Of a DNA stretch of 33,174 nucleotides, positions 1-6,961 are shown in pieces. The position numbers were made by a program, and so were the translations under genes. The DNA lies in the IMG/VR virus record IMGVR_UViG_3300030397_001037, positions 1-33,174 of that record. One strand, given 5' to 3'. Origin of the DNA: a virus. How positions within the stretch are numbered: position 1 is the stretch's first letter; each line of letters begins with the position of its first letter. The notes under the pieces were generated by a model that was given only the letters and a program-made list of their open reading frames with translations, did not search any database and had not been told where the DNA came from.

Positions 1-123
1 TGTCAGCTACAACAAGTCCAAACTTTGTTGTACTAGGTGTTACTGTTGCAGATACAATTCCACCTGATGTAAATACATATGTAATTGCTGATACAACAAA
101 CAACGGTCAGACAGTTCCTAGAG
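1..123. repeat. Terminal direct repeat, copy 1 of 2 (identical to 33052..33174); circular-assembly overlap or terminal redundancy
   Basis: Read base by base: 1..123 (tgtcagctacaacaagtcc...cagacagttcctagag) equals 33052..33174. Implies a 33,051-bp unit genome. Confidence 0.95.
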
Positions 124-1097
124 CTTTGTTTGGTAAATATAATACAGTTCTTGGAAATGCTAATGATAGAGTGTTAAATAGCATGAGAAATAGCCAATAT
201 AAGTTTGGTTACCCAACTGATGTTCACACTTCAGGCTCTTTTTCAAATGCGGACCACTCAGGAAATGAGCAATACTCATTTGGAATAGCGAGGAGTAGAA
301 AACATTATGGTAACAGCCTTCTTTTTGCTCAAAATGAATATTGTGAAACAATATCAATGTGTAAATCAATAACAATACAACACAGTACATTCACATCATA
401 TTCAACAATTATAACAAGTTTCATTGATGGGGTGGCAACGCCAAATACAACAACAGCTAGGCAGGCTGGTAAAAATGGTGCCGCAAACAACTCAATAGAA
501 TCAACAGCTGAAGCGGTTTTTAAAAGGTTTGAATTTGAAGGAATCACAATGACCGGTAAGGTAGTTTCCATTACTGATACTAGAGGTCTTAGGGTTGGTG
601 AACCTATTTTATTAGTTGATAATGTGGGTGCTGTTGAACAGAAGAATATAACATCAATTGTTGTTGGTGTTAGTGTTACAGTTGATACTCCACTGACAGT
701 TCTAACAGACTCAAATGTAGTTGCTATAAGATATCATGGAATCCACACATCAAGGTATAGAAATGATGATGCTTCCAGTTCATTTGTGAGTAACTTTATT
801 GTTGAGCCTCTTGATGTTCAGCCAAGTAATTTTAAAAAGAGAAATTTACAAGGAACAGTTCTTGAGACTGCTATTACAAGGCAAACTATTGCAAATACTG
901 AGACTATTTCTCTGCCAGTATTTAGTGACGGTGAGATAGCAAGACAGAGAGAAGTATCTCTATCCATGCTGTCATCAGATGGTGCATCTTATAGCTGGGA
1001 AGATTTTCCAATATATAGTGGTGGAGGCGCCAGAGTAAAACTTGTTGCTAGAAGACTTGTTCCTGGCAACATATTAGATTTTGACTGGGAGTATTGA
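1..1097 (+). CDS. 3' part of a ~1209-aa tail fibre / host-specificity protein (continuation of the ORF that leaves the window at 33174)
   Basis: The frame of the track ORF 126..1097 stays open back to position 1. It is in phase with the ORF starting at 30519 once the 123-bp overlap is collapsed (2533 + 1097 = 3630 nt = 1210 codons). Stop TGA is at 1095..1097. It is the last and largest gene of the tail module. Confidence 0.8.
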   Translation, partial: SATTSPNFVVLGVTVADTIPPDVNTYVIADTTNNGQTVPRALFGKYNTVLGNANDRVLNSMRNSQYKFGYPTDVHTSGSFSNADHSGNEQYSFGIARSRKHYGNSLLFAQNEYCETISMCKSITIQHSTFTSYSTIITSFIDGVATPNTTTARQAGKNGAANNSIESTAEAVFKRFEFEGITMTGKVVSITDTRGLRVGEPILLVDNVGAVEQKNITSIVVGVSVTVDTPLTVLTDSNVVAIRYHGIHTSRYRNDDASSSFVSNFIVEPLDVQPSNFKKRNLQGTVLETAITRQTIANTETISLPVFSDGEIARQREVSLSMLSSDGASYSWEDFPIYSGGGARVKLVARRLVPGNILDFDWEY

Positions 1098-1098
1098 T

Positions 1099-1566
1099 AT
1101 GGTTTACTGGCTTATTAGAGACAATCTTGATTCAACATACACACCTATAAAGTCCATGGACACCTTATTTGATATTGATGGAGAAAATGAGCTTATAGTT
1201 ATGGGTGAAGATATAATGCCTAATCAAGCCAAGGTGATTGATGAGAGTGGAAAACTTAGCGTTGTAATGGATGATGATTTAAATAAAATCCTAGATGAAG
1301 CTGCACAAGGAAGAATAGCAAGACAACTTTGTGAAGACATACTGGACATGATTGCTGGTTTTAATATTCAGAACTCAGTTTCAACAACTGAGATTGCACA
1401 GATGAAGATAGACTGGGCGCTAGCTTTTGAATATCTAAAAGATAACCAGCCTTGGGGATTTAAAGCAACACTTGATTTAATAGATGTAACAGGAACCCCT
1501 ATAACATCTGATTTCATTGATAGAATTAATAAGAGAATATCTCAGAGTGGATTATCTGGATTATGA
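1099..1566 (+). CDS. Hypothetical protein, 155 aa (possible fibre accessory or assembly protein by position)
   Basis: ATG at 1099 lies 7 nt after GGGAG (1087..1091), 2 nt after the fibre stop. It is in frame with track ORF 1081..1566. No motif recognised. Confidence 0.6.
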   Translation: MVYWLIRDNLDSTYTPIKSMDTLFDIDGENELIVMGEDIMPNQAKVIDESGKLSVVMDDDLNKILDEAAQGRIARQLCEDILDMIAGFNIQNSVSTTEIAQMKIDWALAFEYLKDNQPWGFKATLDLIDVTGTPITSDFIDRINKRISQSGLSGL

Positions 1567-1760
1567 AAAGAGAGCTTAAGTATATGATATTTTTAATAGG
1601 AACAGGCTTAAGTGTAAGCTGGGTTCTATTAGCATATGCTCATGCTAACTTTGCAACAAAAGATATATTAAATGTAATTTTCAATGAAATAACAGAGATT
1701 AAAGTAGATATAAAAGAAATAAACAGATATTTGAGAGATAAAAATGAAATATCTAAGTGA
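1563..1760 (+). CDS. Small membrane protein, 65 aa, one N-terminal TM plus charged coiled-coil tail (holin or i-spanin candidate)
   Basis: ATGA start/stop overlap with the upstream gene. Hydrophobic stretch MIFLIGTGLSVSWVLLAYAHA is followed by a charged helix. It sits directly upstream of the endolysin and overlaps it. Confidence 0.55.
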   Translation: MKRELKYMIFLIGTGLSVSWVLLAYAHANFATKDILNVIFNEITEIKVDIKEINRYLRDKNEISK

Positions 1761-2172
1761 TATATTAAAATTTAAAAATCCTTATGAAAAAGAACACCTA
1801 TTCTACCTGCACCCAGCTGTAGCTCTTATTGCAATGGATATGAGTTTTTATTTTGCTTGTCATGGACATGAATTTGTCATTACAAGTTCAATTAGAAGCA
1901 TGTCTGAAAATAAAGCAGTAGGAGCTAGGTCTACAACGCATACATATGAAGATGGTGCAAGAGCTATTGATGTTAGAACATCTACGGTTCCAGAAGAGTT
2001 TTTAAGGGAGACAATTAAAGTTTTCTCTGAAAAATATAAAACAGTTGCTGCTGTTGTTAAGTCAGGTGATAAATATATACCAAGGTTAATACTATATGGT
2101 GACAGAGCTCATCTAGACCATATGCATATTCAAGTAAAAAGAGGGATACCCTCACATTATCCATTACCCTAA
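1744..2172 (+). CDS. Endolysin, LAS/M15-type zinc peptidase (VanY / L-Ala-D-Glu peptidase-like)
   Basis: Motifs ITSSIRSMSENKAVGARSTTHTYEDGARAIDV (SxR..N..G..S.H..G.A.D) and HLDHMHIQV match the His/Asp/His metal ligands of M15 cell-wall peptidases. It sits in the lysis position at the end of the late operon. Confidence 0.7.
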   Translation: MKYLSDILKFKNPYEKEHLFYLHPAVALIAMDMSFYFACHGHEFVITSSIRSMSENKAVGARSTTHTYEDGARAIDVRTSTVPEEFLRETIKVFSEKYKTVAAVVKSGDKYIPRLILYGDRAHLDHMHIQVKRGIPSHYPLP

Positions 2173-2183
2173 AGGAGGAGATT

Positions 2184-2519
2184 ATGGAAGGAATAGAAGA
2201 GTTAAAGCAAGTACTAAAGATGGTTGCAGGTCTTGGAAACGCTGTTGATAAGGCGCTTGAGGACAACAAGATTAAAATGTCTGATGCACCTTTATTTATG
2301 GGAGTTTTCCTAGATATGCCATCAGCATTTGAAGGAATTGATAAGGTTCCTGGTGAAATTAAAGACCTTGATGAATCTGAATCAGCAGAGCTTGTTAAAT
2401 ACGTTGAAGAAGAACTAGACCTAAGAAGTGATAGAACAGAAGAAATTATTGAAAAAGGTCTTAAGCTAGCATCTGATGTGTATGCTTATTCAAAGTTATT
2501 TAAGAAAGAAGAGGTATAG
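2184..2519 (+). CDS. Hypothetical acidic protein, 111 aa, within the lysis cassette
   Basis: Strong SD (AAAGGAGGAG) lies upstream of ATG 2184. No TM segment or motif recognised. Confidence 0.6.
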   Translation: MEGIEELKQVLKMVAGLGNAVDKALEDNKIKMSDAPLFMGVFLDMPSAFEGIDKVPGEIKDLDESESAELVKYVEEELDLRSDRTEEIIEKGLKLASDVYAYSKLFKKEEV

Positions 2520-2710
2520 TGGGAAACTTTTTTGCTGCAATAGCCGCCATTGGAGAGTTAATTAAATTAGCTAAAGAAGCTTTTAAGCTCTACAAGGATA
2601 TTAAAGCTAGGAATGAGTATAAAAGAAGCAAGAAAATAGAAAAGGAATTAAGTGAAGCTATTAAAAATGGCGATGCTAAGTCTATTGGTGATAAGTTGCG
2701 CAAGCTGTAA
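2519..2710 (+). CDS. Hypothetical 63-aa amphipathic, Lys-rich protein (weak i-spanin-position candidate)
   Basis: GTG start overlaps the previous TAG by 1 nt. The short hydrophobic N-terminus FFAAIAAIG is followed by a charged helix. The last 59 nt overlap the downstream lipoprotein gene. Confidence 0.45.
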   Translation: MGNFFAAIAAIGELIKLAKEAFKLYKDIKARNEYKRSKKIEKELSEAIKNGDAKSIGDKLRKL

Positions 2711-2918
2711 GCCCTTTAGGTTTGATGACATCAGAAGCTACTCACATTCTGAAAATGAAGATGAATGCTTCTGGCTCAACAGCAAAACAGGTGACAAGAT
2801 TCCTTGTGTAGATGAAAAGCTAAAATCCTACATGTGCATTCCTATTGAAGAGTATGTAGATTTCACAAGAGACTATGTCTGCAAACTAAAAGAAGAGATT
2901 GAGGAAATAAGGAAATAG
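2652..2918 (+). CDS. Lipoprotein, 88 aa precursor (o-spanin-like candidate)
   Basis: MKLLKMAMLSLLVISC carries a lipobox V-I-S-C after a basic n-region. GTG 2652 lies 5 nt after AAGGA; alternative ATGs are at 2667 and 2673. It starts inside the 2519..2710 gene in another frame (Rz/Rz1-like overlap). The mature part has five further Cys. Confidence 0.6.
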   Translation: MKLLKMAMLSLLVISCASCKPFRFDDIRSYSHSENEDECFWLNSKTGDKIPCVDEKLKSYMCIPIEEYVDFTRDYVCKLKEEIEEIRK

Positions 2919-2963
2919 AGGTCAGGGATGATTTCTATTGAGCTATTTGCCTCCTAATAGCCG

Positions 2964-2991
2964 CCCCAGGTGTAAAAAGCCTGGGGTTTTT
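2964..2991 (+). terminator. Rho-independent terminator ending the late/lysis operon
   Basis: Stem CCCCAGG (2964..2970) pairs with CCTGGGG (2980..2986), with a 9-nt loop, followed by TTTTT (2987..2991). It begins 46 nt after the last lysis gene's stop. Confidence 0.8.
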
Positions 2992-3040
2992 ACGTTATAG
3001 AGCCTACTTTGACATGAGCGTTAATACCTGAAACAATTAA

Positions 3041-3844
3041 GTGACTATCAAGGATGATGGCTTGGGAAATAAAGTTAGGACAAAACTAATCTTTAATGAT
3101 GTTCATGGTCCGTGGAATGACCCAATAAGAACAGAATTAGTTCTAAAGGTTGGAGAGCACCTAAGAAAAACAGGTGTGTTAGATGAAATAATCATTAATG
3201 GTGACCTTTTAGATTTCTACGGAATTAATAGTCACGGTCCAAAACATGCTGAAGTTCATACCAGATTAGAAGATGAAATGATTTGGGGCATGGAGTTTAT
3301 CAAAGACTTAAGAAAACGCTTCCCTGATGAAAAGATAACATTCATATATGGAAATCATGAGGATAGACTTGATAGATTTATTCACCAGCATTGCAAGGCT
3401 TTTCACAATATACTTACTATTGATAAGCAGCTTGATTTGGATAGATATAATATTCAATGGTTGCCGTATAATTCAAAATATAGAGTTGAAAAAACCAATT
3501 TATACATACAGCATAGCCCTCCCTCTTATGGTGTTAATGGTGCACGGACTTCTCTTCTAAAAAAACATGATACTAGCTATATATGGGGATGTACTCATAG
3601 AGTGCAGCATGCTTGCATAACTGGTGCAAGTGGAAATGAATATCACGCCTACTTTAATGGCTGGCTTGGCTCCACAACACTAACAAAAGAGCATGTGAGA
3701 GTATTTAGTTATGCTAAAGGACATGAAGAGTGGCAAGGTGCTTTTATAATTGCTGATATTATCAATGATATTGATTTCCAGATTAGTCAATATAGATTTC
3801 TTGGGGACAGTGTCTGTGTTGCAGGCAAATTAATAACTATATAG
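3041..3844 (+). CDS. Calcineurin-like metallophosphoesterase
   Basis: Ordered motifs NDVHG (DxH), INGDLLDF (GDxxD) and YGNHEDR (GNHE), with later His residues. The start is uncertain: GTG 3041 has no SD, while in-frame TTG 3062 lies 7 nt after AAGGA. Confidence 0.8.
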   Translation: MTIKDDGLGNKVRTKLIFNDVHGPWNDPIRTELVLKVGEHLRKTGVLDEIIINGDLLDFYGINSHGPKHAEVHTRLEDEMIWGMEFIKDLRKRFPDEKITFIYGNHEDRLDRFIHQHCKAFHNILTIDKQLDLDRYNIQWLPYNSKYRVEKTNLYIQHSPPSYGVNGARTSLLKKHDTSYIWGCTHRVQHACITGASGNEYHAYFNGWLGSTTLTKEHVRVFSYAKGHEEWQGAFIIADIINDIDFQISQYRFLGDSVCVAGKLITI

Positions 3845-3853
3845 GGGAGGAGT

Positions 3854-4096
3854 ATGAAAAATGCGAAAATCATCTGTTTTATTTTTTTCTTTATTTCATC
3901 TTGCGCTACTAATACTAATGATATTAGATATTCTGCGTACATAGATGGATGCAATGACACTCTTTATGATGTTATGGCAGCTACTAGTCAAGGATTACAA
4001 GTAAGTCAAAGTGATATGGTTATTAGGTATTGCAATATGAAAGCTCAGCAAAAATACATGCCATCAGAGGCTAGTGGTGACCTTCTTAATATTTGA
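3854..4096 (+). CDS. Small lipoprotein, 80 aa precursor (superinfection-exclusion / Llp-like candidate)
   Basis: SD GGGGAGGAG lies upstream. MKNAKIICFIFFFISSC carries a lipobox I-S-S-C. The mature part is ~64 aa with two further Cys. The 3' end overlaps the convergent exonuclease gene by 33 nt. Confidence 0.6.
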   Translation: MKNAKIICFIFFFISSCATNTNDIRYSAYIDGCNDTLYDVMAATSQGLQVSQSDMVIRYCNMKAQQKYMPSEASGDLLNI

Positions 4097-5080
4097 AGAC
4101 TTGCATTCATAATATTTGCCGTATTTGTTCTCTGTAATTTCCCAGGACATTACATCTTTCTTAGATGCAAACCCAAGAAATTCTACAATTCCCCTCTTAG
4201 AATTTAGGTGCATGAAAAAGTAATAATCACAATATCTATGGGAGTCTTTTACTGGAACTCTGACTATTGTCTTTCTTCTAGATGTTTTTATATCAACTTT
4301 AGAACCTCTGAAATCAAAATCATATTCTTTATTAACATGTTTAGCAGTTGGATAGGCTTGTATAAAAGCCCACTCTCCAATATATCCCATTCTAGTATTA
4401 TCTATAACAGACTTCTTTATTTTCCTATCTTTATCAGAGTCTTCAGCATTATAGACATAGTTTTTACCATGGACATGTTTTAATCTTTTTTCATATGACC
4501 AATCTAAGCAGGCACCAGTTACATGAACTACCATGGGCTGGATATGTTTAAGCTTTTTATAAATTTCATAGCATCCGTATACATCAGATAGAGCATCATG
4601 GTGGCGAAGCTTAATGTTATAAAAATTGCACAAATAATCCAACTTAGCACTGTCAAAACCAAGGTGAGAATTCCTTGCCAGAAACTCTGTAGACTCATAC
4701 CGGTCAACATGAAAGTATCTCCTATGTCTAAATTCAAGACTTGCTTTACAGGAGCTCACAAAGAGCCATTTCCAATCAAATTTCCCTCTGGAATGGTCTA
4801 CAAACTTGGGTAGTCCATGAAGTGGGATAAGAGTATCAAGAGTATTGTAAATATCATTGAGAACATGCTCAAGACTAGGAGCGTGCTTAAGCTCTCCTTG
4901 AGAAAGACCATGAATTTTATAAGCATCATCACTCCACCACTCTCCTTTATTAGGCTTAATCTCTGACTTATATTCTTTGATAATATTCAAGTATTTATCA
5001 GTAAAAATACACCCAACCTGAATTATTGAGTGCCTCCAGAAATCAAACCCAGATGTCTCAACATCAACAAAGAAATACAT
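4064..5080 (-). CDS. DEDDh (DnaQ/RNase T-like) 3'-5' exonuclease fused to a C-terminal PD-(D/E)xK-like nuclease domain
   Basis: N-terminal half: Exo I FVDVETSG, Exo II region FDWKWL, Exo III HHDALSDVYG. C-terminal half: GYIGEWAF ... YDFDF ... KVDIKTS, which fits an E / D / (D/E)xK arrangement. It is the last gene of the leftward operon. Confidence 0.7.
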   Translation of the reverse strand: MYFFVDVETSGFDFWRHSIIQVGCIFTDKYLNIIKEYKSEIKPNKGEWWSDDAYKIHGLSQGELKHAPSLEHVLNDIYNTLDTLIPLHGLPKFVDHSRGKFDWKWLFVSSCKASLEFRHRRYFHVDRYESTEFLARNSHLGFDSAKLDYLCNFYNIKLRHHDALSDVYGCYEIYKKLKHIQPMVVHVTGACLDWSYEKRLKHVHGKNYVYNAEDSDKDRKIKKSVIDNTRMGYIGEWAFIQAYPTAKHVNKEYDFDFRGSKVDIKTSRRKTIVRVPVKDSHRYCDYYFFMHLNSKRGIVEFLGFASKKDVMSWEITENKYGKYYECKSSNIKKVTTSL

Positions 5081-5331
5081 TATGAATCTAGTTGTTGAAC
5101 ACTATGTAATTTTCCAGCTGTATTAACTCTTGGCTTAAGCCTAGCCTCTAAAAACCAGATTATCTCATATAAATCAACGTTCTTCTCATGGTCAAACCAC
5201 ATGACAAATGAAAGAACCTCATTCATTGCCTCTCTATGACCCTCTTCAAAGGCATTATCCCATATCTCTCTTTTTTGTTTCTTTATTGTTTCCATATGAT
5301 TTTGGTATTGTGACTTATTCATCTTTATCAT
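5080..5331 (-). CDS. Hypothetical protein, 83 aa (80 aa if started at ATG 5322)
   Basis: TAATG stop/start overlap with the exonuclease gene. AAGGA lies 8 nt upstream of ATG 5322. Confidence 0.5.
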   Translation of the reverse strand: MIKMNKSQYQNHMETIKKQKREIWDNAFEEGHREAMNEVLSFVMWFDHEKNVDLYEIIWFLEARLKPRVNTAGKLHSVQQLDS

Positions 5332-5551
5332 CCTTTAAGTATTCTTTAAAAAACACCCTTTCACCGCCTTCGCATTCATACCAGTCTCTATAGACCTGAT
5401 ATTGAACAGGAAAAGAGATTCCCAATCTTGATTTATTACTCCAGTCTGATGCATCAAATAAGTTCCATAGAGCTGTTTCAAATGAGCTGGCTGTCCTTGT
5501 GAATCTTTTAAAAAACAATGCCTGTTTTACAGTTTCATAATCTTCATACAT
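5315..5551 (-). CDS. Hypothetical protein, 78 aa
   Basis: Its start overlaps the erf stop by 8 nt, within a tightly packed operon. No motif recognised. Confidence 0.5.
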   Translation of the reverse strand: MYEDYETVKQALFFKRFTRTASSFETALWNLFDASDWSNKSRLGISFPVQYQVYRDWYECEGGERVFFKEYLKDDKDE

Positions 5552-6194
5552 TTATTACCTCCAAATATTTACCAACTGCATGTTTATCTTGTAGTGCTGC
5601 ACCTTTTAGGTCTTTTGTCTTTTCAGCCCAGTCATAAAAACCCTTAAGCTCATTATCTGTTAGCTCTTTAAGTTTCTTACCCTTACCCTTACCAGCCTTT
5701 CTAATATATTCACCTAAATCAGCAGGCAAAATCTCCAGGCTTTCAAAGTCATCACTCTTAACCCTTTCTATAGCATCATTATCCTCTTCAGCAGCAAGCC
5801 CTAGAGCATTACAGTAGGCATATCTTTTAAAGAACGTGTTTAAGCCTGCATAGTCTTGATGATTCTCCTTATCAAACTTGTCCATGATGTTTCCCTTTCT
5901 ATTCATAGAAGATATAAGCTTTGCCCCACTTGTATGAACCAAAACAGCATGAATCTGGTTACCATCCTCTGTCCAATAATGGTAAATCCCATTCTTGTGA
6001 AGAGCTTCTTCAGTTGCCTCAATACAATCTGGTAAGTCAGCGTAATTGTAAGAGTAAGTTCCACCTGTTTTTAGCTTAACTGTAACTACTTTGTTTTTCT
6101 TTAATGTCTTAAATGATTTTTGAGCTTTAACTAAAGCCTCTACAAATGTTCCCATTACCTCATTTTCAGTTTTTTGTTGTGTTTGTTCTGTCAT
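5544..6194 (-). CDS. erf: ERF-family single-strand annealing protein (recombinase)
   Basis: YSYNYADLPDCIEATEEALHKNG and DYAGLNTFFKRYAYCNALGLAAEEDNDA parallel the P22 Erf signatures (KYKYRSCEDIL ... SYARKYCLNGLFGIDDAKD). Confidence 0.78.
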   Translation of the reverse strand: MTEQTQQKTENEVMGTFVEALVKAQKSFKTLKKNKVVTVKLKTGGTYSYNYADLPDCIEATEEALHKNGIYHYWTEDGNQIHAVLVHTSGAKLISSMNRKGNIMDKFDKENHQDYAGLNTFFKRYAYCNALGLAAEEDNDAIERVKSDDFESLEILPADLGEYIRKAGKGKGKKLKELTDNELKGFYDWAEKTKDLKGAALQDKHAVGKYLEVINV

Positions 6195-6400
6195 TTCTTC
6201 TTCCTTTTGTGTGGTATGTAATATCCTTTATTCATTTCCTTCTCAACCATCTCAAGAGCCTCATCAAACTTCTTTTTATCAAACTTAGCCTGAGGAATGC
6301 ACTTGCAGTAATCCCAAGGTGGTAGGTAGTGCTCATCACATATTGGACACCACTCTTCACCTCCAGAGAGATCATCTAAATAATCATCATAAATTCCCAT
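6191..6400 (-). CDS. Small Cys-containing protein, 69 aa (possible zinc-binding)
   Basis: GGGAG (6408..6412, minus strand) lies 7 nt upstream of ATG 6400. The track's 6418 start has no SD. It contains CPICDEH...CKC. ATGA overlap with erf. Confidence 0.5.
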   Translation of the reverse strand: MGIYDDYLDDLSGGEEWCPICDEHYLPPWDYCKCIPQAKFDKKKFDEALEMVEKEMNKGYYIPHKRKKK

Positions 6401-6428
6401 AAAAAAGCTCCCAAGCATTGACTTTGAC

Positions 6429-6457
6429 TATTTACATCAAGTTTTACTAGCTGTAAA
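6429..6457 (-). promoter_or_regulatory. Candidate sigma70-type promoter for the erf/exonuclease operon
   Basis: On the minus strand, TTTACA (6457..6452), a 17-nt spacer, then TAAATA (6434..6429). It lies about 10-30 nt upstream of the 6400 start. Confidence 0.4.
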
Positions 6458-6501
6458 GTACACCTACTAGACTTCCTTTTCCCAAGCAAATCTAGTAAAC
6501 C

Positions 6502-6540
6502 GGTGGTGAGGGGTGCCTTTTTGGCAGACCTCTTGCCACC
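6502..6540 (-). terminator. Interrupted GC-rich hairpin after the lipoprotein gene (possible terminator or attenuator)
   Basis: GGTGG-GAGG-TGCC / loop TTTTT / GGCA-CCTC-CCACC gives 13 bp in three helical blocks. It begins 4 nt after the lipoprotein stop. On the minus strand it is followed only by GGUUUAC, so there is no long U tract. Confidence 0.35.
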
Positions 6541-6543
6541 AAT

Positions 6544-6723
6544 CTACCAACATGATTGAACCGGATACAACCCTTCACAATACCCCTGAATCCAAGGTTG
6601 ATTGCCATGTTTGGATATCTCTTCAGCCTGACAACTAAAAACCATCTCCTCCTGAGTTCTACAGACTGTTTCAGCACCACCACATCCTGAAATAATAAAT
6701 ATCATTATCAACAACGCTTTCAT
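6544..6723 (-). CDS. Small Cys-containing lipoprotein, 59 aa precursor (not in the supplied ORF track, one residue below its apparent cutoff)
   Basis: Hand translation: MKALLIMIFIISGCGGAETVCRTQEEMVFSCQAEEISKHGNQPWIQGYCEGLYPVQSCW. Lipobox I-S-G-C. Its ATG overlaps the XRE gene stop (TAATG). It has four Cys beyond the lipidated one. It supersedes track ORF 6492..6683, which is in another frame. Confidence 0.6.
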   Translation of the reverse strand: MKALLIMIFIISGCGGAETVCRTQEEMVFSCQAEEISKHGNQPWIQGYCEGLYPVQSCW

Positions 6724-6959
6724 TACCAGTAATTCCTTTCTTTTGCCTTTATATCTGTTGTGAGCATCTTATCTATACTAACCTTGTAAAATTTACACAG
6801 ATCAATCAAAAGCTCTATAGACATTAAGTTTCTACCTTGCTCATATCTGTACAAACTAACTGGGTCTATTCCTAGCTGGGCGGCAACTGAGTCCCTGTTT
6901 TGCCCTAATTCCTGCCTTAGATAGCTAAGATTCCTACCTACTAAATCTCTTAATTCCAT
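6723..6959 (-). CDS. XRE/Cro-type helix-turn-helix transcriptional regulator, 78 aa
   Basis: LSYLRQELGQNRDSVAAQLGIDPVSLYRYEQGRNLMSIELLIDLCKFYKVSIDKML is a typical HTH_3 (XRE) pattern. It is the second gene after the leftward early promoter. Confidence 0.85.
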   Translation of the reverse strand: MELRDLVGRNLSYLRQELGQNRDSVAAQLGIDPVSLYRYEQGRNLMSIELLIDLCKFYKVSIDKMLTTDIKAKERNYW

Positions 6960-6961
6960 GA

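Noticed and set aside
1-123. Terminal repeat as an IS/LTR end, an att site or true physical DTR
   Set aside because: The repeat sits at the exact contig ends and falls in the middle of an uninterrupted reading frame. The terminase looks like a headful type. An assembly overlap of a circular or permuted genome is the simpler reading.
160-571. Two minus-strand ORFs (76 and 80 aa) at the left end
   Set aside because: They are antisense shadows within the 3' part of the 1209-aa fibre gene, and there is no independent start signal.
3009-3037. TTGACA at 3009..3014 as the promoter for the phosphoesterase gene
   Set aside because: The best -10 at 17-nt spacing is AACAAT. It would place the transcription start on top of the GTG 3041 start, so it is not convincing.
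6492-6683. 63-aa Arg-rich minus-strand ORF from the track
   Set aside because: It overlaps, in another frame, a better ORF (6544..6723) that has a perfect lipobox signal peptide and a TAATG coupling to the upstream gene. Its own start has no SD.
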